A stretch of DNA of 64,000 nt from Halodesulfurarchaeum sp. (GCA_042216015.1 JBDGUI010000011.1:23331-87330); one strand, 5' to 3'. Counted from the first letter of the stretch, positions 48,920 through 59,869 are shown. The notes: generated from the letters alone by a model not told the origin. Numbers and translations: made by a program.

Positions 48920-50254
48920 ATGACAAACGCCGGTGGTGGATTCGAGTTGGCACCATTCGAACGAATTCGAGCCTTCGTCCGAAGCGTGTTGGAAACCGAC
49001 AAACGGATTCTCGCGTTGGGATTCGCTCGGATGGTCGATTCGATCGGAAATTCGTTTCTCATCATCGTCTTACCCATCTTCCTGACGAGCGGAAGAGTTT
49101 CCGGAGAGTTTCTTGACCTCTCCCCGGTCGTCATCACGGGGATCGTTCTCTCGGCATTCGGGTTCTTCAATAGCGGATTGCAACCGTTCGTCGGGAATTT
49201 TTCGGATCGGATCGGCAAGCGTCGTCTCTTCGTCGTCGTCGGATTGCTCATCCTCACACTGTCGAATTTTGTCTATTCACTCGTGGATTCGTATATTGCA
49301 GTTCTCCTTGTCCGAATCGCACAGGGACTCGGTGTGGCCCTGACGGTTCCGACCACCGTCGCTCTCGTCAATGAACTGGCAAAGAAAGCGGCCAGGGGAG
49401 AGGCGATGGGGATTTTCAACACGTTCAGAATGGTTGGCTTCGGTCTCGGGCCAGTCATCGCTGGTAGGGTCGTCACGGGTGGTCCGTATACCGTTCTCAC
49501 CTTCGATATCTCCGGGTTCGATGCGGCTTTCTATATCGCCGCTTTCGGGGCGCTCGTCGGTGCGATCCTCGTCTGGCTATTGGTCACAGATCCGGATGCT
49601 GACGAACTGGAAGACAATGATGGCGATGGGAACGGGGGAATAGCCGTTTTCGACGAGAAAGGCGACCATCTTCTCGACCCGGTGTTCACGCTCGGTGTTT
49701 CCTCCGTCTTCATGGCGATTGGGATTTCTCTATTGGAGCCCCTGGAGCACCAGATCAATATGGCGCTCGAGCAGAGCGCATTCATGTTTGGATTGGAGTT
49801 TTCGGCATTTACACTTGCCCAGATCATCTTCCAAACCCCGATAGGCCGTTGGAGCGATATGTATGGGCGAAAACCATTCATTCTCGGTGGATTGCTCATA
49901 CTCACCCCGGCGACGATGATACAGGGCTTCGTTGGGACGCCAGTGGGCATGATCGTGGCCCGATTTTTCCAGGGTATCGCGGGTGCAGCTGTGTTGGCCC
50001 CCTCGATGGCGCTCGCTGGCGATATTGCCGGTGCTGGTCGATCCGGAACGACCCTCTCGGTGTTAACCATGTCCTTTGGGCTCGGTGTTGCATTTGGCCC
50101 GTTGTTGGGCGGTACATTGTCCGGTGTTGCTGTCCCATTCGGACATCCCTATGCTCTTCCATTCGTTTTCGGCGGCATACTGGGTATTGTGGGTTTCCTG
50201 ATGGTGGTGACACAGGTCGAGGAAACGGTCACACAGCGTTCAGCTGTCGACTAA
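48920..50254 (+). CDS. MFS transporter
   Basis: About 12 TM segments with motif A (GNFSDRIGKRR; GRWSDMYGRK). SD-like GGAGGT upstream. Confidence 0.92.
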   Translation: MTNAGGGFELAPFERIRAFVRSVLETDKRILALGFARMVDSIGNSFLIIVLPIFLTSGRVSGEFLDLSPVVITGIVLSAFGFFNSGLQPFVGNFSDRIGKRRLFVVVGLLILTLSNFVYSLVDSYIAVLLVRIAQGLGVALTVPTTVALVNELAKKAARGEAMGIFNTFRMVGFGLGPVIAGRVVTGGPYTVLTFDISGFDAAFYIAAFGALVGAILVWLLVTDPDADELEDNDGDGNGGIAVFDEKGDHLLDPVFTLGVSSVFMAIGISLLEPLEHQINMALEQSAFMFGLEFSAFTLAQIIFQTPIGRWSDMYGRKPFILGGLLILTPATMIQGFVGTPVGMIVARFFQGIAGAAVLAPSMALAGDIAGAGRSGTTLSVLTMSFGLGVAFGPLLGGTLSGVAVPFGHPYALPFVFGGILGIVGFLMVVTQVEETVTQRSAVD

Positions 50255-50369
50255 CGAGGGAAGGTACCCGTATTGCTTCGTGCAAAATGGGGGAAGTCCG
50301 TCAATCCCGTTTCGAGTCGTCGACACTCGACGCCCTGGCAAACTCCGTGCACGCTCCCGGCTTTATCGG

Positions 50370-50987
50370 TTACGGGTCGGACGGCCGTGCCAGAAAGACC
50401 TGTTTTGATCCCTCCTCTGCGAGGGAATCCGGGACCGATGCAGTCGATTCGACCACGAACCCGGCTCGCTCGAGCGCGGCCATCGTTTCTGCCGGATCCG
50501 GATAGCTCCAGACCATTTCGACACCCGAGTCGAGCCAGTCCGGATTTCGACCCGCCCAGGCCTCGGTTCCCGAGGTGAACAGGACCCAGCCGCGGGGCCG
50601 GAGCAGGCGCTCCCATTCCTCGAAGACTTCCCGGTGGTCCTCCCGTGGGACGTGAATGATCGAGTACAGGGCCACCACTGCGTCGACGCTTGCATCCGAA
50701 AGCGGGAGGGTCGTCATGTCGCCCTGCAGGAGCGGAGTGTCGGGAAGCCGGTCGGCCGCCAGCCGCAGCTGTTCGCGGGAAATATCCAGCCCGATGACGG
50801 CGAATTCGTCCCGAAATCTGTCGATCACCGGTCGTCCGTCACCACAGCCGACGTCGAGAATCCTGGCCCCTCGATCGAGTCGGGTTTCCAGGTCGTCGAG
50901 GAACGGCCGTTCGGCCGTCGAATCCCCCGATGCGGCGGCGTATTCGGCCGCCAACTCGTCGTAAGCGACCCGAACCTCCTCGCGCAT
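50370..50987 (-). CDS. Class I SAM-dependent methyltransferase
   Basis: ILDVGCGDG, GLDIS, GDMTTLP, YSIIHVP, LLRPRG. Confidence 0.9.
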   Translation of the reverse strand: MREEVRVAYDELAAEYAAASGDSTAERPFLDDLETRLDRGARILDVGCGDGRPVIDRFRDEFAVIGLDISREQLRLAADRLPDTPLLQGDMTTLPLSDASVDAVVALYSIIHVPREDHREVFEEWERLLRPRGWVLFTSGTEAWAGRNPDWLDSGVEMVWSYPDPAETMAALERAGFVVESTASVPDSLAEEGSKQVFLARPSDP

Positions 50988-51031
50988 GGGTGGGCATCCG
51001 GGTCCCGCCACAAGTGCTTTCCGGGACGATG

Positions 51032-51529
51032 TTACTGGCCGTCGACGGTCAATTCCCGGGCCAGCATTTCCCCCCAGTGTTCGAAGCCGTGGGTCGCATA
51101 GAATGCCCGGGCCCGGTCGTTCGATCGGTCCACGTCGAGCAGGACTCGATCCAGCGGGAGGTCCTGCTCGGTTACCACCTCGATCGCGGCCGAAAGCAAC
51201 TCGTCGCCGACTCCCTCGCCCCGCCACTCGGGCACCACGTAGAGTTCGGAAAGGACGGCGCCGTCCCAGACGTACGCAAACGCCTCCGGGAGGACAAAGA
51301 CGTAGCCAACTGCCGATCCCTTCCGCTCGGCCAGCAGGATGGCCCGTGGCTCCTCGGCCATACAGCGATCGACCCAGTCGAGATAGCCCTCTCGGTAGGT
51401 CGCGTCGAGTTTCTCGGCATATCGTGCGGCCTTGGAGTCCTCGCCGGTTCCCTTTCCCAGGCCCAGTTCGAAGCCGCGTTTGAGATCCCAGAGTGAATCG
51501 GCGTCCCCGTCCCCGTACGGTCTCGCCAT
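51032..51529 (-). CDS. GNAT family acetyltransferase
   Basis: ELYVVPEWRGEGVG and NDRARAFYATHGF. Confidence 0.9.
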   Translation of the reverse strand: MARPYGDGDADSLWDLKRGFELGLGKGTGEDSKAARYAEKLDATYREGYLDWVDRCMAEEPRAILLAERKGSAVGYVFVLPEAFAYVWDGAVLSELYVVPEWRGEGVGDELLSAAIEVVTEQDLPLDRVLLDVDRSNDRARAFYATHGFEHWGEMLARELTVDGQ

Positions 51530-51630
51530 GGACTGACTGGTCGTGCCACCGGCGTGAGCGCTTCGCTTTGTGTACACCCGGATTCGTCGGTCGTCGATAC
51601 CTTTTTCGTCGGATGGGGGCAACGGCCTGC

Positions 51631-52353
51631 ATGGACGACGATCCGCCCGAGGAACTCGCAGAGCGGATCGCGGGAGAGGTGACGCTCAGTGCCAACCCCG
51701 GCGGGACGCTGAAGAAGTGGCGAACCGACTTCGAGATCGCTCAGACGGATCTCGCCACCGAACTCGGGGTTTCGCCCTCCGTGGTCTCGGACTACGAGAG
51801 CGGCCGCCGGGAGAGCCCGGGAACCGATCTGGTCGCCCGCTTCGTGAACGCGCTACTCGCCATCGACGTCCGTCGAGGGGGTGATCACGTCAGGCAGTTC
51901 GCCAGGGTCCTCTCGGCCGGGTTCGACAGCGATGTCGTGCTCGATTTGCGGGAATATCCCCGGACGATCCCGATCCAATCGTTTTACGAGCGCATCGAGG
52001 CGACGGCGGTGGTCGAGGGGGACCGGCCGACGATCAGCGGGCACACTATCATCGACAGCATCCGCGCGATCGCCGAACTTCCCTCCGAGGAATTCTACCG
52101 GCTTTACGGCCAGTCGACCAACCGCGTCCTCGGGTTCACCAACGTGACCCGGGGCGAGTCACCGCTCGTGGCCCTCCGGGTCGTGAATCCAAAGCCGAAT
52201 GCGGTGTTGCTCTGTGGCCTCTCGGAGGCCGATCTCTGGGAGCACGCCCCCGACCTGGCCCGGCGAGACGGCGTCTCGCTGGCTGTGACGGAACTCGACG
52301 GGGAGGCCGTGCGTACCCGGCTCGCAGATTTCCCGGAGGAAGAACGTAGCTAA
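51631..52353 (+). CDS. Conserved archaeal Cro/C1-type HTH transcriptional regulator
   Basis: PGGTLKKWR...QTDLATELGVSPSVVSDYESGRRESPG. Confidence 0.88.
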   Translation: MDDDPPEELAERIAGEVTLSANPGGTLKKWRTDFEIAQTDLATELGVSPSVVSDYESGRRESPGTDLVARFVNALLAIDVRRGGDHVRQFARVLSAGFDSDVVLDLREYPRTIPIQSFYERIEATAVVEGDRPTISGHTIIDSIRAIAELPSEEFYRLYGQSTNRVLGFTNVTRGESPLVALRVVNPKPNAVLLCGLSEADLWEHAPDLARRDGVSLAVTELDGEAVRTRLADFPEEERS

Positions 52354-52387
52354 CCGCCACCGACAGGCCACCGGGGTCGCCAATGGA

Positions 52388-53725
52388 TCACTCGATGTAG
52401 GTGTACTGGCGCTCGTTCATCGGGCCCCAGCCGTCGAAGACGAACTCGTCCTCGGGCTCGGTGAACGGTTCGAGGACCTTCTCCTTTGCGTGATTGTGCT
52501 GGTCGTGAACCAGTTCGTACTCCTCGAAGGTGATCGGCTGCCGGGCTTCGAGGCGTTCGTCGACCGCCTCGCCGTCGATCTCCTTCTCCCAGCCCTCGAC
52601 CACCCGCTCCTCGTGAATCTCCGCCTGCGCCCCGCTGCCGTAGGAGCCGACGAGCAACGTTTCCCCCGCCAGATCGATGCCCTCGCGCTTGGCGTAGATC
52701 AGAGCACTCAACCGGGCGATGTGAACCGACCCGGTGTACCAGTTCCCCACGCGACTCGAGATGTCGAGGGTGGGTTCGATGACCCGGCCGTACCACTCGC
52801 GATAGGTGTCGGTTTCCGCCAACGCGTCCATGTACTCCTGGATGTCCTCGGAGAAGGCCTCCCGGTCGTCGTACTCCTCGGGTCGTGGCTGGCGTCCGAT
52901 CTCCCGGGCCAGTTCCTCCTCGATCTCGGTGTCCCGGATCGTGTGGCGATAGCCGAGGACGGCGGCCTTCCGGACCATGTTCGGGAACGGGGTGTGGAAG
53001 GGAATGAACCAGTAATCGTCGGGATGGCTCCGGCCCGTGACCGACTCGAAGTCCTCGAGGGCCTCGCGCATGCGTGCGAGGTAAACCTGCATGGAGCGCT
53101 TGCCGTCGACGCTGGGGAACTGCTGGTTGGGCTTGAGGAAGTCCGTCTCGTCGACCGAACCGAAGCCCTGCTCGGTGGAGATCTCGACGATCGCCGGGTC
53201 CTCGGTCACGTACATCGCGACCGCACCGGCGCCCTGGGTCGCCTCGCCGGGATCCCCTCGCTCGTAGAGCGCGGTGTCGGTCGTGATGACCAGCGCCCCC
53301 CGGCCCCGGTTGCGATCGGCGGCGATCCAGTTCACCGCGTCGTTCAGGGCCTGGGTCCCCGAGATGCAGGCAAACTTCCGCTCGCCCTTGTTGGCGTGGC
53401 GGAACTCGCCATCCAGCACCTGTTCGAGCGCGCCGGCGACGTACGTCGAGACCGGTTTCGACTTGTCGAAGGCGCTCTCGGTGGCCACGTCGATCCGACC
53501 GACGTCCGCGGGATCGATGCCCTTGCGCTGGATCAGGCGATAGGCCGCGTTGGCGGCCATCGTGACGATGTCCTCGTAGGCGTCGGGGAAGGAACTCTGA
53601 AAGAGCCCGAGTCCCTTCGTGTACTTCTCCGGGTCGTCGTCCATGACGGGTGCGAACTCCTCGGGGAGGTCGAGGCTGAGTTTGCCCGTCCAGATCTCGA
53701 TGCCGTCGATGCCGACTGCAGTCAT
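52388..53725 (-). CDS. hmgB: Hydroxymethylglutaryl-CoA synthase
   Basis: ATESAFD.SKP, KFAC (catalytic Cys), EATQGAGAVA, FHTPF, GNWYTGS, SYGSG. Confidence 0.93.
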   Translation of the reverse strand: MTAVGIDGIEIWTGKLSLDLPEEFAPVMDDDPEKYTKGLGLFQSSFPDAYEDIVTMAANAAYRLIQRKGIDPADVGRIDVATESAFDKSKPVSTYVAGALEQVLDGEFRHANKGERKFACISGTQALNDAVNWIAADRNRGRGALVITTDTALYERGDPGEATQGAGAVAMYVTEDPAIVEISTEQGFGSVDETDFLKPNQQFPSVDGKRSMQVYLARMREALEDFESVTGRSHPDDYWFIPFHTPFPNMVRKAAVLGYRHTIRDTEIEEELAREIGRQPRPEEYDDREAFSEDIQEYMDALAETDTYREWYGRVIEPTLDISSRVGNWYTGSVHIARLSALIYAKREGIDLAGETLLVGSYGSGAQAEIHEERVVEGWEKEIDGEAVDERLEARQPITFEEYELVHDQHNHAKEKVLEPFTEPEDEFVFDGWGPMNERQYTYIE

Positions 53726-53844
53726 GTGTTAGCGGTGGTACTGCGGGGAGGGTTATGGTACTGTCGATGGCGGATTCGACGATCGTTGAAATGAGCTTTA
53801 TCCTTGAACTTTTATCGAATCATCGTTTTCAAACTCCGCCGTAA

Positions 53845-55479
53845 TCATTGGGATGTGGTCTGTCTCGTCTCCGTGTTCGAGTTCCCATCGGCGTCACAGA
53901 CTGTCGCGGTCAAGGTATAGTTTTCTCCTGGAGGGATATCGTATCCCGAATCGTCGGGGGAAATTTTCAAATTCTTTATCTGATACTGGGCCCCCGGCAG
54001 TTGTTCGGACCACGTCGCCCTCACTGTTCCCTCGCTATCGGTGATCTCTATCTTCAGCTTTGAGAGATCATCGTCGTTGTCGGCATCCTTGACGTTGATT
54101 TGACCGATTTCCCAACGGTTGGCTCCGCCCGAATCGGCCGTGAAACCCTGCAAATTGTTCCATTGTATCGCCCCTGGATTCGTATTACTACCGATAACAC
54201 AACCCCCGCCTCCATCGATCGCTGTCCCGCCTTCGGAGATGAAATACATCCCCTGCTCGCCGGTCTCGAAGATGACCGTGAGAATCCACCACTCGTCGTT
54301 CCCGAGGACGCTGTCGAACCCGAACGTGACCTCAGTTTGCTGGCCGTTTCCCGGCAATCGAATGGGCGGTTCGAGAACCTGAAAGTCGCCACCCACGTTC
54401 CAGTTCACGTCACGATTGGCAACGGGGTCGTTCACGTATTCGACGGTGGTCGCATCTCCCGGGTAGAAATTGACCCTGGCCTCGCTGATATTGACCGTCC
54501 CGGCCGTGTTCTCCCAGGTGAAGCCCCACTCGTCATCCTCCTGCCGCCGCTCCACGTTCACCAGCCGGACGTCACCCGGTGCGGCGGGATTGATCTCCGT
54601 TTCAGTGGATCCCCGCACGCCCGACTCGGGCGGTCCACTGACGCCGACTGGCGCGTACCGCACCCGCCAGGTCCCATCGAGAACGAGCGTCAACGTTTCT
54701 GCCCCCTCGTCGACGACGATCTTTTCGGGTCGCAGCTGCCCGCTCAGCACCTCCTCCCACGTGGATTCGCCGAGCTCAGTCGGGACGGTCACGTTGATGT
54801 TCTCGAACTGCCGACTCACCAGGATCCCGGGTTCGGGCTCGATCGTCACCCGTTCGACACCCTGCTCCGAGTAGTTGCCCTGGATGGGCACGATCGTGAC
54901 CATGTTCGGTCCGTCTCCGACGGTCTTCACCAGGGTCTGTTCCCGGCTATGGAGGACCAACCCGCCACCCTGTTCGGTCTTGCTGTAATTCATGTACAGC
55001 AGGCCGTGCTCGTGCTGTATCGGCGCACCCGTGTCCAACTCGTGGTAATTCGGCGTGTAGGTCAAAAACTGGGTATAGACCTCACTCCAGTTCGAGATTC
55101 CTGGATATCTTGCTGGGATGTCGATCGCCGTTCCGTCCTGGTGGGTCATGGTGATGTTTCGCCGCACCCCGGTCTCCAGTTGGCCAGTTGCGGGCGGCGG
55201 ATTCACCGCGAGTACCCGGGTGGGATAGCGCGTCCCGAGCTTCACGGTCACCGACTGGGGTTCCCCGGTCGTCCGCGCCTCGAAGATCGCACTCCTGACG
55301 TTCGTCATGTCGTTTTTGACCGACTGGTAGTGGTCGTACTCGACCTGCTCGTTTTGGATCGGGACCCAGACGGCCTGGTAGGTGGAGAGGGAGATGATCA
55401 GGATCGCGAAGATGAGAATGAACCCGATGACTGCGGAGACGCCACGTTCGTCCCGCAGATCTTCGATACGGTCTGCCAT
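53845..55479 (-). CDS. Large type IV pilin-like surface protein with class III signal peptide
   Basis: DERG|VSAVIGFILIFAILI prepilin peptidase site; YQ...VP..N..VE..H, LGTRYP.R. Confidence 0.75.
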   Translation of the reverse strand: MADRIEDLRDERGVSAVIGFILIFAILIISLSTYQAVWVPIQNEQVEYDHYQSVKNDMTNVRSAIFEARTTGEPQSVTVKLGTRYPTRVLAVNPPPATGQLETGVRRNITMTHQDGTAIDIPARYPGISNWSEVYTQFLTYTPNYHELDTGAPIQHEHGLLYMNYSKTEQGGGLVLHSREQTLVKTVGDGPNMVTIVPIQGNYSEQGVERVTIEPEPGILVSRQFENINVTVPTELGESTWEEVLSGQLRPEKIVVDEGAETLTLVLDGTWRVRYAPVGVSGPPESGVRGSTETEINPAAPGDVRLVNVERRQEDDEWGFTWENTAGTVNISEARVNFYPGDATTVEYVNDPVANRDVNWNVGGDFQVLEPPIRLPGNGQQTEVTFGFDSVLGNDEWWILTVIFETGEQGMYFISEGGTAIDGGGGCVIGSNTNPGAIQWNNLQGFTADSGGANRWEIGQINVKDADNDDDLSKLKIEITDSEGTVRATWSEQLPGAQYQIKNLKISPDDSGYDIPPGENYTLTATVCDADGNSNTETRQTTSQ

Positions 55480-55544
55480 TCACTAGCCCGTAGGAGTCTC
55501 CGATTACTTATGCCTGTGCAGGACCTGGCCGGATCGGCGAGGGC

Positions 55545-56120
55545 TCACTCCTCTTCGATCACTTCGGGATCGGCCAGGGCCTCTTGCAACGAGTCGAGGC
55601 CGTTGACCCACTCGGTGACGAGCCCGTACTCGATTTCCTCGGTCACCGAGATGTCGAGGTCCGCGCCGTCGATGAGCAAGGTGCCGGCGGCCGAAGCGTG
55701 TCCGAGGGCCGCGTCGAGGTCCTCCTCGGCTTCGGCCTCGGCGGCGTGGCGGATGTGGTCCTCGACAGTCCCCTCCTCGACTGGGCCCTCGGTGACGTAC
55801 CGCTCCGCGCTGTAGAAGACACAGACGAGACTCGTCTGCACGCCGTCGACGAGCATGAGGGTGTCCTCGTTCTCGATCTCCGGGTCCGCGAGCACGACCT
55901 CTCGGATCTCGACGAGTTCGTCCATTGCGCGTTCGGTGTCGATGGCCCCGTCCTCGAGTGCGGTGAGGATCTTCGCCACGGCGATCGCCACGTCGTCCTG
56001 GAGGTTCAGGAGGAGTCGTGCGGACTCCTCGTCTTCGGGATCGATCTCCTCGTCTCTGAGGCGGTCGAGCCAGTTCTCCCAGCGTTCCTCGGTGTAGAAC
56101 TCGGCCTCGGGGTCGCTCAT
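55545..56120 (-). CDS. Conserved archaeal protein (DUF2150-like)
   Basis: FYTEERWENWL, LLNLQDD, VQTSL; very acidic. Confidence 0.78.
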   Translation of the reverse strand: MSDPEAEFYTEERWENWLDRLRDEEIDPEDEESARLLLNLQDDVAIAVAKILTALEDGAIDTERAMDELVEIREVVLADPEIENEDTLMLVDGVQTSLVCVFYSAERYVTEGPVEEGTVEDHIRHAAEAEAEEDLDAALGHASAAGTLLIDGADLDISVTEEIEYGLVTEWVNGLDSLQEALADPEVIEEE

Positions 56121-56213
56121 ACCCGGACAGGTGGGTCCCCCGGACTAAGGCCTTTCCTTCGGCGGTGGCCGCACTTCGCCGCCCATTTACTCGGGGGCCC
56201 CATCGATTGTCGT

Positions 56214-56873
56214 ATGGCAGATTCGATGCGGACACCGGGAACGGAGATCGCCCTCCCCGAACCGGATCGAACGGGATCGACGCCCGTGGAGACCGCCCTG
56301 GCCGAACGGCGATCACGACGCGAATTCGAACCAGGTCCGATTTCACTCGAGGAACTCAATCAACTGGTCTGGGCGGCCCAGGGACAGACACACCCCGATG
56401 GGCTCCGAACGGCTCCCAGTGCGGGCGCGACGTATCCGCTCGTGGTGCGCGTGGCTGTCGGAGACGGCGGCGTACCGGAACTCGACCCTGGCGTCTATCG
56501 CTACGAGCCAGGCGACCACGCGCTCGCGTTCGAATCATCGGAAGTCATCCAACCCGCACTCCGGCGAGCCGCGTACGATCAGGAATGGGTCGAGGAGGCC
56601 CCGATCGTGCTCGGGATTGCGGGGGTCGAGGAGCGAACGGCACGAGAGTACGGCGAGCGGGCCGGGGACCTCTACGTACCGATGGAGGCCGGGCACGCAG
56701 GGGAGAACGTCCATCTGCAGGTCGAAGCGCTTGGTCTTTCGACCGTCTCGGTCGGCGGATTCGATGACGAAGCAGTCGCGGAAGCGTTCGATCTCGAGGA
56801 GGCGAGGCCCCTCGTCATGTATCCGATCGGGCGACGCGTGAGTGACGAGGCAGACGGGTCCGACTCGCGTTGA
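56214..56873 (+). CDS. SagB/ThcOx-type nitroreductase family protein
   Basis: RRSRREF, RTAPSAGATYP, EAGHAGEN..L, GGFDD. Confidence 0.88.
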   Translation: MADSMRTPGTEIALPEPDRTGSTPVETALAERRSRREFEPGPISLEELNQLVWAAQGQTHPDGLRTAPSAGATYPLVVRVAVGDGGVPELDPGVYRYEPGDHALAFESSEVIQPALRRAAYDQEWVEEAPIVLGIAGVEERTAREYGERAGDLYVPMEAGHAGENVHLQVEALGLSTVSVGGFDDEAVAEAFDLEEARPLVMYPIGRRVSDEADGSDSR

Positions 56874-57731
56874 TCACGGGTTCGTCCCCCCGTCGAGCGT
56901 GGCTCGCGTGTCGAGCCCGTAAACTACCTCGGGGGTCTCCACGTGGGCCCGCTCGACGGCCTCCTCGTGTCCGTTTTCGAGGAGCCAGTTCACCCGTCTC
57001 GGAACCGTTTTCGGGCCCATAACCGCCCCCGGCCGCTCGGGGTCGTCGATGAAGTCCGTCTCCATCAGGAACGGTTTGGCACGATCGATGGCCGTCCGGA
57101 GGTACGCTTTTTCACTCATCACACTCGGCGTCACGCCAGCAGTCCGACCGGTGCTGTAGTGTTTGACGACCCGCTCCGGGGTGAGGCCGACGTCCCTCGC
57201 CCACTCGCCAATATCGCCGAGGTCCTCGGTCTCCTCGGTGTGAAGCTGCACCGCGACGTCGGCGTCGGCAGCCACTTCCAGGGCATGGCGAAGGACTGCG
57301 TTTGATGCGTCCCACACCGCCGAATCGACGTCGTAGTGGGGGCGCCCGGATTTGATCGCCACGGCGTCGCCAGCTGCCGCATACTCCCCGGCCACCTCGA
57401 GACCCGCCTTCATGAGATCGGTGGCCGATTCGACGTCCATACCCCGGTCGTCGACCAGCCGTGAGATGAGCGCCGGGTGAACCCCGAGAACGGGCCAGGC
57501 AGTTCCCGGAAGCACACCCGAGGCGTCTGAGACGAGCGAGCGAGTCGCCTCGAAGACGGCGTCGAAATCCTCGCGAGTCTCGGCCTCGATCCCGAGGTGC
57601 CAGGAGGGTCTGTTGACGACGAGGAGGTGGGTCCCGCCGCTCCGGGCGAAATCCTTCACCGCCTCGATTCCCTGACCCTCGCGGTCGAGGTGGAGATGGT
57701 TGTCGAGGATCGGCGTCCCCAGGTCCTTCAT
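56874..57731 (-). CDS. TatD family metallohydrolase
   Basis: DNHLH, GVHPA, QLHTE, VKHY, METDF. Confidence 0.88.
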   Translation of the reverse strand: MKDLGTPILDNHLHLDREGQGIEAVKDFARSGGTHLLVVNRPSWHLGIEAETREDFDAVFEATRSLVSDASGVLPGTAWPVLGVHPALISRLVDDRGMDVESATDLMKAGLEVAGEYAAAGDAVAIKSGRPHYDVDSAVWDASNAVLRHALEVAADADVAVQLHTEETEDLGDIGEWARDVGLTPERVVKHYSTGRTAGVTPSVMSEKAYLRTAIDRAKPFLMETDFIDDPERPGAVMGPKTVPRRVNWLLENGHEEAVERAHVETPEVVYGLDTRATLDGGTNP

Positions 57732-57804
57732 GTTTCCACTCCGCGTGGGGTCGGTAAAAACTCGGCGCTGTGGTGCAGGCACGATCGACGAGCGGGAACC
57801 CGAG

Positions 57805-58245
57805 TCAATCCAGCACGACTGCTTCGCCGGCGGCCCGGACGAGCGCATCGGAGCGACCGTGTTCGCCCGGCGCGATCGCCAGGGTGGCGATTCCGTTCCG
57901 GTTGGCCAACTCGAGAACCGGCTTGAAGTCGATGTCCCGCGAGGCGACGGCCAGCACGTCGAGGTCGGCCTCGCACATCGCTGCGGTCGCGTCGACCGCG
58001 AGTTTCACGTCCACGTCGCCGCTTGTCACTCGGACGTCGAAGCCGTGGGCCTCTGCGGCCTGGATCAACCCGGCCGGGGCGTTCTCGTCGAGATACAGCC
58101 GCGTGAGCGCGAGCGTCCCCCGCTCCTCGGCGGCTGCGCTGAGATCCTCGAGATCCACGTCGAACTCCTCGCGCAGGACGTTCGGCCCGTCGACGAAGAG
58201 GCCGACCCGCGTTTCGAGTCCGAGTCGCCGGGAGAACCATCCCAT
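57805..58245 (-). CDS. NYN-domain protein
   Basis: FVDGPN, GDVDVKLAVD, SRDIDFKP. Confidence 0.9.
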   Translation of the reverse strand: MGWFSRRLGLETRVGLFVDGPNVLREEFDVDLEDLSAAAEERGTLALTRLYLDENAPAGLIQAAEAHGFDVRVTSGDVDVKLAVDATAAMCEADLDVLAVASRDIDFKPVLELANRNGIATLAIAPGEHGRSDALVRAAGEAVVLD

Positions 58246-58382
58246 GCGCTGAGCCACGGGGCACCCGGATAAAGGCGTGCTGATCGATGCCGATAATCCG
58301 AGAACCGACTCGTGCTGCCCGATCCCCCCGGTTTCACGCGGGTATAGGAAGGCATTAATTGCCGGCGACTGTGGGTTTAGGT

Positions 58383-59498
58383 ATGGCCCTGCGGACGCCA
58401 CCGCTGCATGCGGTTCACGAGAAGCGAGGTGCGTCGTTCACCGATTTCGGCGGGTGGGAAATGCCGGTCGAGTTCGATTCGATCCACGAGGAACACGAGG
58501 CCGTGCGGACGGCCGCCGGAATCTTCGATGTCTCGCACATGGGGGAAATCACCGTCACGGGGCCAGATTCGACCGAGTTGATGAACCGGCTGACGACGAA
58601 CGACGTCGCGGCACTGGAACCGGGTGAGGCCCAGTACTCGGCCATCACGGACGAGGACGGGATCATCCTGGACGACACGGTCGTCTACCGCCTCCCGGAG
58701 TCGCTCGAAGCGGGCACGCCAGGTGCCGGTGCGGATTACCTCTTCATCCCGAACGCCGGCCACGACGCCCAGATGCACGAGCGATGGACCGCCCATCGCG
58801 AGGAGTGGGAGCTCGACGCCGACGTCGCAAACCGGACGGACGACTACGGCATCGTCGCGGTCCAGGGCCCCGACGCCGAGGACCTTCTCGCGAGGAGGGC
58901 CGGCGAACCGGCCCGGGAGATCGATCGGTTTGCCGCCGAGGCGATGGAGATCGAAGAAGTCCACTGTTGGGTCGCCCGAACGGGCTACACGGGCGAAGAC
59001 GGGTACGAGATCGTGGCCCCGATGGACGGGATCGAAGCCGTCTGGAGCGCCTTCGACGGTTGTCAACCCTGTGGCCTCGGGGCTCGTGACACGCTGCGAC
59101 TCGAGTACGGACTCCTGCTCTCCGGGCAGGACTTCGATCCGGAGGAGACCCCACGAACTCCCTACGAGGCGGGGATCGGGTTCGCCGTTTCACTGGACAC
59201 CGACTTCGTGGGCCGGGAGGCCCTTGCGGCCCAGCACGAGACCGGGCCCGAGCAGGAGTTCGTCGGTTTCGTCCTCGAGGAGCGCGGCATTCCCCGACAC
59301 GGCTACGAGATCACCGACGTCGACGGGGCCGAAATCGGCGTCGTCACGAGCGGGACGATGAGTCCCACCCTCTCCGAACCCATCGGCCTGGGATACGTCA
59401 CTGCCCCGCACACCGGGGACGGTGAGACAGTACTTATATCGATCCGCGGCGAAGGCAAGGAAGCGACGATCACCACACCACCATTCATCCACCAATGA
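58383..59498 (+). CDS. gcvT: Glycine cleavage system T protein
   Basis: [37 protein letters not shown]. Confidence 0.96.
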   Translation: MALRTPPLHAVHEKRGASFTDFGGWEMPVEFDSIHEEHEAVRTAAGIFDVSHMGEITVTGPDSTELMNRLTTNDVAALEPGEAQYSAITDEDGIILDDTVVYRLPESLEAGTPGAGADYLFIPNAGHDAQMHERWTAHREEWELDADVANRTDDYGIVAVQGPDAEDLLARRAGEPAREIDRFAAEAMEIEEVHCWVARTGYTGEDGYEIVAPMDGIEAVWSAFDGCQPCGLGARDTLRLEYGLLLSGQDFDPEETPRTPYEAGIGFAVSLDTDFVGREALAAQHETGPEQEFVGFVLEERGIPRHGYEITDVDGAEIGVVTSGTMSPTLSEPIGLGYVTAPHTGDGETVLISIRGEGKEATITTPPFIHQ

Positions 59499-59869
59499 GC
59501 TTCGACATACCCGACAACCTGTACTACACCGAATCGCACGAGTGGGTCGATCCCGAGACGAACAAGATCGGAATCACCGACTTCGCCCAGGACGAACTCG
59601 GCGACATCGTCTTCGTCGAGTTTCCGACCGTCGGCGACCACCTCGAGGCAGACGACGAACTCGGCGTGGTCGAGAGCATCAAGGCCGTCTCGGACATCTA
59701 CTCGCCGGTCGGCGGCGAGGTCACCGACGTGAACGAGGCCCTGGAGGGCGAACCGGAGACGCTCAACGAGGACCCGTACGGTGACGGGTGGCTGGTCGAA
59801 CTCGACCTGGACTCGACGGACGAGGTAGAGGCACTCCTCACACCGGACGAGTACGAATCCCAGCTGTAA
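59495..59869 (+). CDS. gcvH: Glycine cleavage system H protein
   Basis: [24 protein letters not shown] (lipoyl-Lys), PYGDGW. Confidence 0.97.
   Translation: MSFDIPDNLYYTESHEWVDPETNKIGITDFAQDELGDIVFVEFPTVGDHLEADDELGVVESIKAVSDIYSPVGGEVTDVNEALEGEPETLNEDPYGDGWLVELDLDSTDEVEALLTPDEYESQL

Noticed and set aside
56214..56873. SagB-like gene as part of a RiPP cluster
   Set aside because: No YcaO, precursor peptide or transporter nearby; the neighbours are conserved housekeeping-type genes.
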